From contig JACRMR010000013.1 in NCBI GenBank assembly GCA_016214895.1, positions 2,971 through 66,970 of the forward strand: a DNA stretch of 64,000 bases, given 5' to 3'. Numbering within the stretch: position 1 is the stretch's first letter; every line of letters begins with the position of its first letter. Below, one piece after another: positions 47,945 to 57,897 of this stretch. The notes under the pieces are model-generated. The model saw nothing but the letters and a program-made list of their open reading frames with translations, ran no database searches and was not told the origin of the DNA. Both the position numbers and the translations under genes were made by a program. This DNA comes from Candidatus Zhuqueibacterota bacterium (GTDB lineage Bacteria > Electryoneota > RPQS01).

Positions 47945-48208
47945 ATGGCTCACAAAAAAGGTCAAGGCTCTTCGCGCAACGGCCGCGACAGTCAGCCCAA
48001 GATGCTCGGCGTCAAGCGTTTTGCCGGTCAGCATGTCAGTGCCGGAGAGATTCTCGTGCGCCAGCGCGGGACCAAAATCAAGCCGGGCGAAAACGTCGGT
48101 TGCGGGCGCGATCATACGCTGTTTGCCCTGATCGAGGGCAAAGTGAAGTTCGTGACTTCCACAAATGCACTGCGGAAGTCCGTCCATATCGAGCCCGTGG
48201 AGGCGTAG
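47945..48208 (+). CDS. rpmA: 50S ribosomal protein L27
   Basis: [26 protein letters not shown]: L27. Confidence 0.96.
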   Translation: MAHKKGQGSSRNGRDSQPKMLGVKRFAGQHVSAGEILVRQRGTKIKPGENVGCGRDHTLFALIEGKVKFVTSTNALRKSVHIEPVEA

Positions 48209-48267
48209 CGGACTCGAATTGATTTAGCGGCCGATTGTCACTCGCCGCGCTTCGTTTCAAGCATTTT

Positions 48268-48301
48268 GCGCGGCCTGATCTTCAGCGCCGCGCTTTCTTT
48301 T
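48268..48301 (+). terminator. rho-independent terminator after rpmA
   Basis: Stem gcgcggc/gccgcgc followed by tttcttttg. Confidence 0.65.
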
Positions 48302-48354
48302 GTTGACAAAACCATTCCGATTTCAGCTATGTCCCTCCCCAAACACCTCCTCTC

Positions 48355-49278
48355 ATGAAAATCACCGTCATCGGCGCCGGCAACGTCGGAGCCACCTGCG
48401 CGTACATTCTCGCCGCTAAGAACATTTGCAGAGAAGTCGTCGTCATCGATATTCTTGACGGCATTCCGCAGGGCAAGGGTCTGGATATGTACCAGGCCGC
48501 ACCCGTTGGAGCTTACGACACCGTTGTGCGCGGCACTAACGCGTACGCCGACACCGCCAACTCCGATATTATCGTCATGACCGCCGGTAAGCCGCGTCAG
48601 CCCGGAATGTCGCGGGATGACTTGCTGGCCGCGAATGTGGTGATCATCAAGGACGCGATTACGCAGGCGGCCAAGGTCTCGCCCAACGCGTTTATCATCA
48701 TGGTCTCGAATCCGCTGGATGCGATGTGCTTCGCCGCTTTGAAGCTGTCCGGCTTCCCGCACAAAAAAGTGTTTGGAATGGCCGGGATTCTCGACACGGC
48801 TCGTTACCGGACGTTCATTGCGATGGAACTGGAAGTGTCCGTACGGGACGTCGCGGCGGTTGTGCTCGGAGGTCATGGCGACACGATGGTTCCACTGCCG
48901 CGGCTGACTACCGTCGGCGGAGTGCCGCTGACGGCGCTGCTGCCCAAGGAGCGCATTGATGCGATCGTGCAGCGCACTCGTGACGGCGGTGCTGAAATCG
49001 TGAAGTACTTGAAGACCGGCTCGGCGTTTTACGCACCGGCGGCGGCCGCGGTCGAAATGGTCGAGAGCATCGTGCACGATCAGAAGCGCGTGCTGCCCTG
49101 CGCTGCATGGCTGCAGGGCGAATACGGCTATCGCGACATCTACATGGGTGTCCCTGTGATCGTCGGCAAGCAGGGCGTCGAGAAGATCCTTGAGATCCCC
49201 TTCAACGACGATGAAAAGGCCATGTTCGCCAAGTCGGCCGATGCCGTGACCTCGCTCTTGCAAGCGACGAAAGTCTAA
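48355..49278 (+). CDS. mdh: malate dehydrogenase (LDH-like, NAD-dependent)
   Basis: Rossmann [12 protein letters not shown] with MDH/LDH catalytic loop and homology. Confidence 0.92.
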   Translation: MKITVIGAGNVGATCAYILAAKNICREVVVIDILDGIPQGKGLDMYQAAPVGAYDTVVRGTNAYADTANSDIIVMTAGKPRQPGMSRDDLLAANVVIIKDAITQAAKVSPNAFIIMVSNPLDAMCFAALKLSGFPHKKVFGMAGILDTARYRTFIAMELEVSVRDVAAVVLGGHGDTMVPLPRLTTVGGVPLTALLPKERIDAIVQRTRDGGAEIVKYLKTGSAFYAPAAAAVEMVESIVHDQKRVLPCAAWLQGEYGYRDIYMGVPVIVGKQGVEKILEIPFNDDEKAMFAKSADAVTSLLQATKV

Positions 49279-49342
49279 CCCGAAATTGCGGGTTTGAATT
49301 GGTCTTGCGAGTTTCCCGCCACTTAATTGAGGAGACCGAATC

Positions 49343-50047
49343 ATGAAGACCGTTGGTGTAGTCCTCGCCGGTTGCGGCTACCTGGACGGGGCCGAGATCT
49401 ACGAGTCGGTGCTCACATTGCTCAGCTTGGATCGGCTCGGCGTTGCTTATCAATGTTTGGCGCCGGATCTGCCGCAGATGCACGTTGTGAATCACGTGAG
49501 CGGCGACGCGATGGGGGAGTCCCGTCGCGTACTGGTCGAAGCGGCTCGCATCGCCCGCGGCAAGATCGCCGCGCTGGATAACAGTTGGGTCGCCAAACTC
49601 GATGCGGTGATTCTCCCCGGCGGATTTGGCGCGGCCAAGAATTACTGTGACTTTGCAACCAAGGGTGAGGCCTGTTCGATTCAGCCGGTGGTGGAATCGT
49701 TCATGCGCGCGATGGTTGCGGCGCGCAAGCCCGTCGGAGTGATCTGCATTTCCCCGATCGTCCTGGCCCGAGCGCTCAAGGGGACCAACGTGCATGCGTC
49801 GCTCACGCTTGGCGCCCAGTCGAGTGCGTCCGCCGCCGCCGAGGCGTTCGGGTCCAAGCATGTTGTCTGCGAGGTCACGGACTGCGTCGCCGATCATGAG
49901 AATCTGATCGTCTCCACACCCGCCTATATGTACAGCGCGCGGATTGCGGACGTTGAAATCGGGATCGAGAAGCTCGTCCGGCAGGTCGTCCACATGACTC
50001 ACGAAGCGACTGAAAAGCCCCGGGATTCGGTTTTGACGACGGCATAG
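49343..50047 (+). CDS. elbB: DJ-1/PfpI-family protein, ElbB-like (glutamine amidotransferase-like class 1 fold)
   Basis: MKTVGVVLAGCGYLDGAEI...DAVILPGGFGAAKN, with the nucleophile-elbow Cys in GVICISP. Confidence 0.8.
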   Translation: MKTVGVVLAGCGYLDGAEIYESVLTLLSLDRLGVAYQCLAPDLPQMHVVNHVSGDAMGESRRVLVEAARIARGKIAALDNSWVAKLDAVILPGGFGAAKNYCDFATKGEACSIQPVVESFMRAMVAARKPVGVICISPIVLARALKGTNVHASLTLGAQSSASAAAEAFGSKHVVCEVTDCVADHENLIVSTPAYMYSARIADVEIGIEKLVRQVVHMTHEATEKPRDSVLTTA

Positions 50048-50075
50048 CGGAATCGCCTGACAGCACGAAACGCGA

Positions 50076-50107
50076 AAGACCGGTTGTATTGGCCGGTCTT
50101 TTTTTAT
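50076..50107 (+). terminator. rho-independent terminator after elbB
   Basis: aagaccgg-ttgtattgg-ccggtctt followed by a T7 run. Confidence 0.85.
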
Positions 50108-50334
50108 ATCTTGATTCGTTGGGGTATGCCCTGCCGTGGTCCGCGCCGTTGCATCCGGTTTTCCATGAGTTTGAGGGTCTGCCGCCGGATGTGAGCGACG
50201 ACTTCTAACGAGAAGTGACCCGCGGTTTGACGTGTTGTGCCTCGGCGTTGACGATCCGCGGAGGCCGGGTGGGGCAATATCGTTTTCGCCGCGACGCATT
50301 TCGAATCACGAATTTTAGCCGGTGAAAGGCGACC

Positions 50335-51975
50335 TTGGCTGAATCATCCGACAAGCGCTATCGCGATCTGCTGGACCACTTCTTTGCGGGAAGTGCGCGC
50401 CTGCGGTTGCTCGAATCCGCCGATCAGATAGTGAATCATGTCTGTCGGATAATCGTCGGATCCGGCATGTTTCGCGGCGCGGTGCTATTGGTCGCTGACG
50501 ACAAGTTCCGCATTCGCGACGCCGGCTTCGACGCGGCGACGGCTGACGCGGTGGAGTTCTTGCGCACGCGTGTTCGCGTGCTGGAAGGGCGCGCGTTGCG
50601 TCCGTTCGATTTCGTGCGTGCCGACAGCGAACTCGGCGCGGCGCAGTTGATCCCCGGGAAAGTCGATGCCCACGAATGCCCGATCGGCGAGTGGGCGGAG
50701 GCAGATCAACTGGCTCTACCGATGCCGGGTCAAGACGGAGCCATCGCAGGGTTTCTCACCACGATCGCGGTACGGGCCGGAGCGCGACCCGTGAGCGACG
50801 ACGTGCGACTGTTGGAGGTCTTGCTCCAGCACTGCTCATTGCAGCTCCACGCGACCCAGGCGCGTGACAGGCTGATGGCGCGGACGGAAGACGTCGAACA
50901 GCGCTTGTACGAGCGAATGGCGGAAGCCAGATTGGCGCAGGAGAAATTCTCGCGTCTGATCAATACCAGCCGGGACGTGATCCTGATTACGGACGAGCGC
51001 GACCTCGTGATCTACTTGAATCAGGCGTTCAGCGACGTGCTGGGATTTGCCCGTGAGAACTTTCTGGGCAGACCCTTGCCGTCCGTCCTGCGTGAACTTG
51101 CGCTGGATCGCGGTGCGATCGATGAAGCACTGCGGAACCTGGAAGTCCCGGGGAATGACGCGATCATGACGCAGGTCGAACTCAAGACCGCCGGCGCGGC
51201 GCGACGCGCCTTCGAATTTACGCGCTTGCCGGTCAGGCAGGGCGGCACCCCGCGCGGCGACCAGTACCTGTTGCGCGATGTCACCCACGAACGGGCGTTG
51301 TTTCAGCATCTCTTGACTTCGGAGCGATTGGCCGCCACCGGACGCTTGGCCGCGGGTGTTGCGCACGAAATAAACAACCCGTTGCAGGCGATCTTGTCCC
51401 AGCTGAACTCGCTCCAAAAACTGGTGGACCCGGCGCAGGCCGGCGAACAAGTGGAGCGAATCCGCGAAGCCATCAGTCGAATCCGCCAGGTCCTGCGGGG
51501 AATGTTGGAGTTGAATCGCGGCGGCGAAGTCGCGCGCACCAGCGTTGCGCTGAACTCCGTGATCGAGAACGTCCTGCTGTTATTGCGACCGCAACTTAAC
51601 GAAGCGGGGATTACGGCCAATACTGATTTGCAACCGGAGCTCCCGACGATCATCGCCGCCGCGGCCGAGCTTCAGCAACTACTGCTGAATCTGGTTTTGA
51701 ATGCCATCGAAGCGATGCCCGGCGGTGGAGCACTGCGGATCGTGTCGCGCGCATCGGAAACCGCCGTCGAAGTCCTGATCAGCGACGACGGTGCGGGAAT
51801 GGCGCCGGACGTGATCCCGCACATCTTCGAACCATTCTTCACCCGGAAGAGTACGGGAACCGGCCTTGGACTCTACATCTCAAAGGGAATCGCTGATTCC
51901 TACAAGGCACAGATTCAGGTAGAGTCCGCCCTCGGCAGCGGGTCCACATTCACCGTTTCCTTTCCGCTGGCATAG
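50335..51975 (+). CDS. sensor histidine kinase (cytoplasmic GAF/PAS-like sensor + HisKA + HATPase_c)
   Basis: H-box AHEINNPLQAI; N, G1 and G2 boxes (LVLNAIEAM, DDGAGM, GTGLGLYISK). No TM segments obvious. TTG start uncertain. Confidence 0.85.
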   Translation: MAESSDKRYRDLLDHFFAGSARLRLLESADQIVNHVCRIIVGSGMFRGAVLLVADDKFRIRDAGFDAATADAVEFLRTRVRVLEGRALRPFDFVRADSELGAAQLIPGKVDAHECPIGEWAEADQLALPMPGQDGAIAGFLTTIAVRAGARPVSDDVRLLEVLLQHCSLQLHATQARDRLMARTEDVEQRLYERMAEARLAQEKFSRLINTSRDVILITDERDLVIYLNQAFSDVLGFARENFLGRPLPSVLRELALDRGAIDEALRNLEVPGNDAIMTQVELKTAGAARRAFEFTRLPVRQGGTPRGDQYLLRDVTHERALFQHLLTSERLAATGRLAAGVAHEINNPLQAILSQLNSLQKLVDPAQAGEQVERIREAISRIRQVLRGMLELNRGGEVARTSVALNSVIENVLLLLRPQLNEAGITANTDLQPELPTIIAAAAELQQLLLNLVLNAIEAMPGGGALRIVSRASETAVEVLISDDGAGMAPDVIPHIFEPFFTRKSTGTGLGLYISKGIADSYKAQIQVESALGSGSTFTVSFPLA

Positions 51976-52053
51976 TCGAGCGGTCGCCCAATGAAAGCGG
52001 CGCATCACCCTGATGCGCCGTTCGTGTATTGCCAAGCCTCCGGCGTCGATTCG

Positions 52054-53553
52054 CTAAAAAAGTCCGGCCTCTTTCATGCTGAACCACGATTCGCCGCCGA
52101 CGATCAAGTGATCGATCAGCTCAATCCCCAGCATCTGCCCGGCCGCCGCCAGTTGCTTGGTCATCTCCACGTCCTCGGGCGACGGTTCGGGATCGCCGCT
52201 CGGGTGGTTGTGAACAACGATAACGGATACCGCGCGGTGCGTGACGGCCGGGCGAAACACTTCGCGCGGATGCAGGATCGCGCTGGTCAGGGTTCCGATG
52301 GAAATGACTTCGTCCGCGACCAATCGCTGACGCGAATTCAGATATAGCCCGCGAAACTGCTCACGTCGCAAATTCATCATGTCCGCGGTATGTCGAAAGA
52401 CGTCCTCCGGCCCGCGCAGAATCGGAAAGTCCTCACCCGAGCGCGCGAAAAAGCGGCGGCCAAGTTCAAACGCCGCGACGATCTGCAAGGCGCGCGGCCG
52501 GCTGATCTTCAGCGATTCACTCAGCCGGTCCGGGTCACGCTCCTCGGCGACCGCGCGCGAGCCGTACTCTTTGACCACGCGCTGGGCCAGCTTGCTGAAG
52601 CGGTGCGTCGATTCGCCGGCGGACATCACCAGCGAGAGCAGGTCCGCCGTGACCATGGTCTCGATTTCGGGTGCATCCGGCCGGGGCAGCTCGGGCAACT
52701 TGGTTCGCGCGATCTGCGCTTCCTCAACCGCAACTTCGGCCAGCGCGGAGGACTCCGCGGCGAATAAGGACCCCTCCGGCGCCGCGGTCGCGTAACTGGT
52801 CTTCTTCATCCCGAACAAGAGCGCAAAACTCGGAGGCTCAACACCGCCAATCTCGATGCGCCGCTTGACGTCGATTAGGCGATGCTCGAACTCGTCGCGG
52901 CGCGCCCCGACGCGCCCCAGCGATGGGATCAGATCGGTCTTGAGCCGGTCCAGACACTCGCGCTTGTAGCCGAACTTCGCCGCGTTGTCCCCGCTGAAAT
53001 CCTGCGGACCGTAGTCCACCACACGCAGATGGTGGATGTCGCGCATCCGCAATTCCGCGCGGATCTCATCGACGGTCGGCACGACCAAGGTCAGGCCGGT
53101 GATCGCCATGTCGCGATCCAACAGGAGGCGATCCAACTCGAGCAGGTTGAGTTGCTGCTCGTTCAGCACCCGACCGCTGCTCTCGAGTACGACAAGACTC
53201 GCGCGCTGGTGCAACACGCGGGTGCACTCCTTGAGGAATGCGCGCCAATCAGGTACACGCGAACAAACGCGGCCGACATACACGACATCGAACTCGTTGT
53301 CGCCGAAGGGCAGAATCGACGTGTCCGGCAAGATGGTTACATTCGTGTTCCGCACCGCGCTTTCCGGGCGCGGCGGCGGTGCGAGTACCGGTTGAACGCG
53401 CACGCATTCCACGGACTCGAACCGACGTGAGACGATCGGAACGAGCGTATCTCGCTCGCTCTCGACGATGAGCGCGCGGCGGCCGCTGAATCGGCCGAGC
53501 GCTTCCACGAGCGGTTCGCAACGAATCCAGAGGTTATCCAACACTCGCTCCAC
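52054..53553 (-). CDS. radC: RadC/JAB-domain protein (C-terminal ~250 aa) fused in-frame to a ~250-aa N-terminal region of unknown, degenerate methyltransferase-like sequence
   Basis: C-terminal HhH-like segment plus JAMM/MPN motif HNHPSGDPEPSPEDVEMTKQL. The ORF continues upstream with no stop for 499 aa. An internal Met (MKKTSYA) at ~52809 could be an independent RadC start. Confidence 0.7.
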   Translation of the reverse strand: MERVLDNLWIRCEPLVEALGRFSGRRALIVESERDTLVPIVSRRFESVECVRVQPVLAPPPRPESAVRNTNVTILPDTSILPFGDNEFDVVYVGRVCSRVPDWRAFLKECTRVLHQRASLVVLESSGRVLNEQQLNLLELDRLLLDRDMAITGLTLVVPTVDEIRAELRMRDIHHLRVVDYGPQDFSGDNAAKFGYKRECLDRLKTDLIPSLGRVGARRDEFEHRLIDVKRRIEIGGVEPPSFALLFGMKKTSYATAAPEGSLFAAESSALAEVAVEEAQIARTKLPELPRPDAPEIETMVTADLLSLVMSAGESTHRFSKLAQRVVKEYGSRAVAEERDPDRLSESLKISRPRALQIVAAFELGRRFFARSGEDFPILRGPEDVFRHTADMMNLRREQFRGLYLNSRQRLVADEVISIGTLTSAILHPREVFRPAVTHRAVSVIVVHNHPSGDPEPSPEDVEMTKQLAAAGQMLGIELIDHLIVGGESWFSMKEAGLF

Positions 53554-55456
53554 TCTCGATAGTTCCGTCCACGGTCAAGAGTCTCAACTCCCCGTTCTGT
53601 TTGGCGGCCAGCAGCATCCCCTGCGACTCCTCACCGCGAAGCCGGGCCGGCTTGAGATTGGCCACGACGATGATCAACCTGCCGATCAGTGACTCCGGCG
53701 AGTAGAACTGAGCGATGCCCGCGATGATCTGGCGCCGTTCAACGCCAACCTCAATTTGCAGTTTCAACAGCTTGTCGGCCTTCTCGACGCGTTCCGCCGA
53801 AAGTACCCGGGCCACTCGCAATTGTACTTTGCTGAAATCGCCAATCTCGATTAAATCAACCGTCGGTTGCGGTGGCGCGACAGCGGCCGCAGCCGACGGC
53901 GACACATCGGGGAAGAACTCGGGCAGCAGCCGCGGCAGCTCCCGCTCTTCGATCCGCGGAAAGAGCGGCTCGCCATGGACAAGTTTGGCACCGGAACGCA
54001 GACCGCCCCAGCGCGCCGATTCGGCGAGCGTGAACCGCTCGACCGGCACACCCAACCGGGCAAACACGACACTCGTGCGCTCGGGCATCACCGGCGACAA
54101 CAACACGGCGGCAATGCGCAAGGCCTCGGCACACTCGTATAGCACTTCGCCGCAACGGATCTTGTCGGTTTTCGCCAACGCCCACGGCGCCGAGCCTTCA
54201 AAGTAACGGTTCGTCGCGCGTACGAGCTGCATCGTCTCCTCGACCAGCGTATGGAACTTGAGTTGGTCCAGCAGCTCGGGAATCTGAGCGACCAATCGCG
54301 CGGAATGGCTCGCGAGTGCTCCGGGTACGGCCGGGCCGACCGGAATCAGTCCGTCGAAGTGATCGACCACGAGCTTGGATATCCGTGAGAGCAGATTCCC
54401 AAAATCGTTCGCCAGATCGCTGTTGATCCGCTGCACCATCGAATCCAGCGAATAGCCGGCGTCGATGCCAAAGACCATGTCCCGCAGCAAGAAGTACCGA
54501 ATGGAGTCCGCCCCGAACGCGCGCACCAGCGGCTCCACGGGCATCATCGGCCCGGCGGATTTCGAGATCTTCTCGCCCTTGTGCGTCCAGTAGCCGTGCA
54601 CGGAAAGATGTTGAAACGGCTCGATCCCGGCCGCCTTCAACATCGTCGGCCAGTAGATGCCGTGCGGCTTCAGAATGTCCTTGCCGATAATGTGCTCGAC
54701 CGCCGACCAGTGCCGCGACCACTGCGGATCGCCGTCATAACCGACGCCCGTCAGGTAGTTCAGCAGTGCGTCGAACCAAACATACGTGACGTAGTTCCTG
54801 TCGAACGGAATCTCGATTCCCCACGACAAGCGCGTGCGCGGCCGGGAAATGCAGAGATCGTCGAGCGGCTCCCGCAGATAGCCGAGCGCCTCGTTGCGAT
54901 ATCGTTCCGGCCGGATGAATTGCGGATCGCGCTGAATCTTGTCAATCAACCAGTCCTGATACTTGCTCATGCGGAAGAAGTAGTTCTGCTCCTGCACGTA
55001 CTCCGGAACCGTGCCGTGCGTGGGGCACTTGCCCTCGATGAGCTCCTTCTCGGTCAAGAACCGCTCACACCCCGTGCAGTAGTGGCCGCCGTACTCGCCG
55101 AAATAGATGTCGCCGCTATCATAGACCCGTTGCAGGATCTTCTGCACAAGCGCGACATGCGCGGGTTCGGTGGTGCGAACAAACCGGTCGTAGGCAATGT
55201 GCAGCTTGGGCCAGAGCACCTTAAATCGCGCGCTGACCGTGTCCGTCCAGTCTTGCGGCGATACGCCCGCCGCCGCCGCCGACTTGGCGATCTTCTCGCC
55301 GTGCTCATCGGTGCCCGTCAGATAGAACGCCGTCTCGCCCAGCAGCCGGTGATAGCGTGCCAACGTGTCCGCCAGCACCGTCGTGTACGAGGTGCCGATG
55401 TGCGGATCGGCGTTCACATAGTAAATCGGCGTCGTTATGTAATAGGACTTCTGCAC
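53534..55456 (-). CDS. metG: methionine--tRNA ligase with C-terminal tRNA-binding (EMAP/Trbp111-like) domain
   Basis: HIGH motif (PHIGTSYT), zinc knuckle (CTGCERF...CPTHG), KMSKS (RMSKYQ-type region) and C-terminal OB-fold domain. Confidence 0.95.
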   Translation of the reverse strand: MQKSYYITTPIYYVNADPHIGTSYTTVLADTLARYHRLLGETAFYLTGTDEHGEKIAKSAAAAGVSPQDWTDTVSARFKVLWPKLHIAYDRFVRTTEPAHVALVQKILQRVYDSGDIYFGEYGGHYCTGCERFLTEKELIEGKCPTHGTVPEYVQEQNYFFRMSKYQDWLIDKIQRDPQFIRPERYRNEALGYLREPLDDLCISRPRTRLSWGIEIPFDRNYVTYVWFDALLNYLTGVGYDGDPQWSRHWSAVEHIIGKDILKPHGIYWPTMLKAAGIEPFQHLSVHGYWTHKGEKISKSAGPMMPVEPLVRAFGADSIRYFLLRDMVFGIDAGYSLDSMVQRINSDLANDFGNLLSRISKLVVDHFDGLIPVGPAVPGALASHSARLVAQIPELLDQLKFHTLVEETMQLVRATNRYFEGSAPWALAKTDKIRCGEVLYECAEALRIAAVLLSPVMPERTSVVFARLGVPVERFTLAESARWGGLRSGAKLVHGEPLFPRIEERELPRLLPEFFPDVSPSAAAAVAPPQPTVDLIEIGDFSKVQLRVARVLSAERVEKADKLLKLQIEVGVERRQIIAGIAQFYSPESLIGRLIIVVANLKPARLRGEESQGMLLAAKQNGELRLLTVDGTIESGASVG

Positions 55457-55459
55457 TGA

Positions 55460-56635
55460 CTATTCCTCGTCTCCGTCGTCATCGTCGTCCGTTTCGGTGC
55501 CGGCCTGCGCCGGAGCAGGTCCCGTGGCGGCGCCACCGACGGCTCCCGAGCCGGGCTTCTTCTTGCGACGACGGCGCCGCTTCTTTTTTGTCGGTTCCGC
55601 GCTCTTCGGCGTCGCATCCACGTTCTGGCCGAAACGTACCTCGCCGCTGCCATCCTGTGCCTGCATGCCAAGACCGCCCCCGGCCAACAACGTGATCTTC
55701 TCCGCACCCTCGACGCTTTCCGGTGCCGTTTCGATCTGGCTCTTGACGGCCTGAGGTTTAGGCAACGCCGTCGCCGGCTTGCGACCACAAGTGCAAATGC
55801 ACTCCGACCGCGGCATCTCGGGCTTCCAGTTTGAAATCTGCAAGAACTCCTCGCGGGAGTACTTGTCAACCGTGCCATCGCCGAAGCGAATCTGAATCTG
55901 CTCGCGCATCACGTCAAGCTTGTCGATCACACCTTCCTGCTTGGACTCGTCCTTGACGGGATGGCCAACCTTGGGACACGAGCGCTGGAAGTCGCGATAT
56001 ACGTCTAACTCGTAGCGCAAACAGCACTTGAGGCGGCCGCACACCCCCGAGAGTTTCGACGGATTCAGCGGCAGGAACTGGTCCCGCGGCATCTGCGTCG
56101 TGATCGGTTTGAACTCGCTCAGAAACGTGGCACAGCATAGGGGACGTCCGCAAATCCCGTACCCGTTGGTGCGCTTCGTCTCATCCCGCGCCCCGATCTG
56201 GCGCAGATCAATCCGGGTCCGGAATGTCGTGGCCAAGTCCTTGACCAATTCCCGGAAATCCACCCGCCCCTCGGCTGTGAAGTAAAACGTCATCTTGCGG
56301 CCATCCCACTGCAGCTCGACATCGACGACCTTCATGTCCAAGTGGTGCTCGCCGACCTTCTTACGGGCGCCGCGTTTGGCCTCGAGCTCGCGGTCCCGAT
56401 TCTGATCGAGTACCCGAAGGTCTGCCGTTGTGGCGCGGCGTAACACGCGGTAGGGCAGATTGTCACTGCCCTGCATCCCGCCACGCCAGCCCAGGTGGCT
56501 GATCTTGCCCAAGTCCAGCCCCCGCTCCACATCCACAATCGCGGGTTCGCCGACGGCGAAGGGAAACTGCATGGGATTCGCCGCAAATTCCTTGCGCCGA
56601 CCCTTGAATTCTATTTCGAGGACATCAAGCATCAT
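55460..56635 (-). CDS. PSP1 C-terminal domain protein (YaaT-like) with long charged low-complexity tail
   Basis: PSP1 region (FYFTAEGRVDFRELVKDL, NGYGICGRPLCC). Tail KKKRRRRRKKKPGSG...TETDDDDDGDEE. Confidence 0.85.
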   Translation of the reverse strand: MMLDVLEIEFKGRRKEFAANPMQFPFAVGEPAIVDVERGLDLGKISHLGWRGGMQGSDNLPYRVLRRATTADLRVLDQNRDRELEAKRGARKKVGEHHLDMKVVDVELQWDGRKMTFYFTAEGRVDFRELVKDLATTFRTRIDLRQIGARDETKRTNGYGICGRPLCCATFLSEFKPITTQMPRDQFLPLNPSKLSGVCGRLKCCLRYELDVYRDFQRSCPKVGHPVKDESKQEGVIDKLDVMREQIQIRFGDGTVDKYSREEFLQISNWKPEMPRSECICTCGRKPATALPKPQAVKSQIETAPESVEGAEKITLLAGGGLGMQAQDGSGEVRFGQNVDATPKSAEPTKKKRRRRRKKKPGSGAVGGAATGPAPAQAGTETDDDDDGDEE

Positions 56636-57897
56636 CTATGCGGGCGCTCCGGATGGACGAGCGCCCGCCGTGGACCGAAGGCGTCATGGAGGCGAATCGC
56701 CAAAGAGTAGTAAACGTAGTCGGGCGAATAGTACCGTTCCAAATGTGCCGCCGCCCTCTCGATCTCGCTGACCGCCCGGTCCGGCAACGCGTGAGGAAAC
56801 GCACGGACCAATTTGTCAACCACATCCTGCTGGGCGTCGAACGCGAGCGGAACCGGGGGATGACCGGCGTAGGCGCGGTAGAGGGACACATCATGCCAGA
56901 ACGCAATCATCAGATCGAGAATCCGCCCGCGTCCGGCGTCCGCGCCACTGGTGAACTCTTCGATAAGCTTCTGCAACTTCACGGGATCGCAACCCGTCGC
57001 CGTCGTACGCATGAAATCGATAATTTGATTCTGAGTGGCATTCAAATCCGAACTGAGCAGTTCGCGCGCGCGCGCGACGCTGCCGCGGCTCAGCGCGGCA
57101 ACCGAGGTCGCCAACGCTCGCTCGACGCCGCGCTCGCTCAGATGGTCAATCAGCAATGAAGTCGGCAATCCGTTCAACCGGATCCGGCGACATCGCGAGC
57201 GCACGGTGTCCTTGAGCTCGCCCTCGTGTTCCGTGATCAAGATGAAGTGCGTTCGTTCCGGCGGATCTTCCAGCGTCTTCAGGAACGCACTCTGCGCTTC
57301 GGTGTTCATGGTGTCCGCGTGACAGACGATAAACACCTTGCGCCGAGCCTGAAACGGCGTCTTGTTCGCCATGCGCACAAGCCAGCGCGTGTAGCCGATC
57401 CGGATCGCGTCCTCGCTGCGGGATACGCGGTCCTCGCCGTCCTTGCCGCGGCTCTTGGGTAATCTGGTTTCCGCGTACGGGTCGGCCGCGAGTTGATCCA
57501 GGCGCTGACGCACGAGCTCCGATATCCGCAGCACAATCTCTTCCTCTTCTTCGTCGGCGTGCTTCTTTTTGGGCAACGGAAAGAGCACATGCAGATCCGG
57601 ATGCTGAAACTGAACAGACAGGCGACACTGCGGACACTCGCCGCACGAGCCGGTTTCAGTCGGGCGATCGCACAACAACAAGACGGCCAGCTCCTGTGCA
57701 ACCCCGAACTTGCCGACTCCCCGCGGGCCGCTGATGAGATAGGAGTGCGCGGGTTCGCCCGCCCATACGCGTACGCGCAATGCCGCCCGCACGGATTCCT
57801 GTCCTACGAGCGCAAAACGCTCGACCGGCGCCTTTGCTGATTTCCCTACCGCGGCTGCAGCCATTCCAGCGGATCCTTCTTGTCGCGACCGGACCAT
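56632..57897 (-). CDS. holB: DNA polymerase III subunit delta' (clamp-loader AAA+)
   Basis: Walker A GPRGVGK, zinc module CGECPQC and SRC motif (VRSRCRRIRL). Start uncertain; Met at 57864 is plausible. Confidence 0.85.
   Translation of the reverse strand: MVRSRQEGSAGMAAAAVGKSAKAPVERFALVGQESVRAALRVRVWAGEPAHSYLISGPRGVGKFGVAQELAVLLLCDRPTETGSCGECPQCRLSVQFQHPDLHVLFPLPKKKHADEEEEEIVLRISELVRQRLDQLAADPYAETRLPKSRGKDGEDRVSRSEDAIRIGYTRWLVRMANKTPFQARRKVFIVCHADTMNTEAQSAFLKTLEDPPERTHFILITEHEGELKDTVRSRCRRIRLNGLPTSLLIDHLSERGVERALATSVAALSRGSVARARELLSSDLNATQNQIIDFMRTTATGCDPVKLQKLIEEFTSGADAGRGRILDLMIAFWHDVSLYRAYAGHPPVPLAFDAQQDVVDKLVRAFPHALPDRAVSEIERAAAHLERYYSPDYVYYSLAIRLHDAFGPRRALVHPERPHR

Noticed and set aside
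50130-50199. 22-codon ORF (MPCRGPRRCIRFSMSLRVCRRM) in the elbB-histidine kinase spacer
   Set aside because: It has no RBS, its Cys/Arg-rich sequence is typical of random GC-rich frames, and it lies downstream of a strong terminator.
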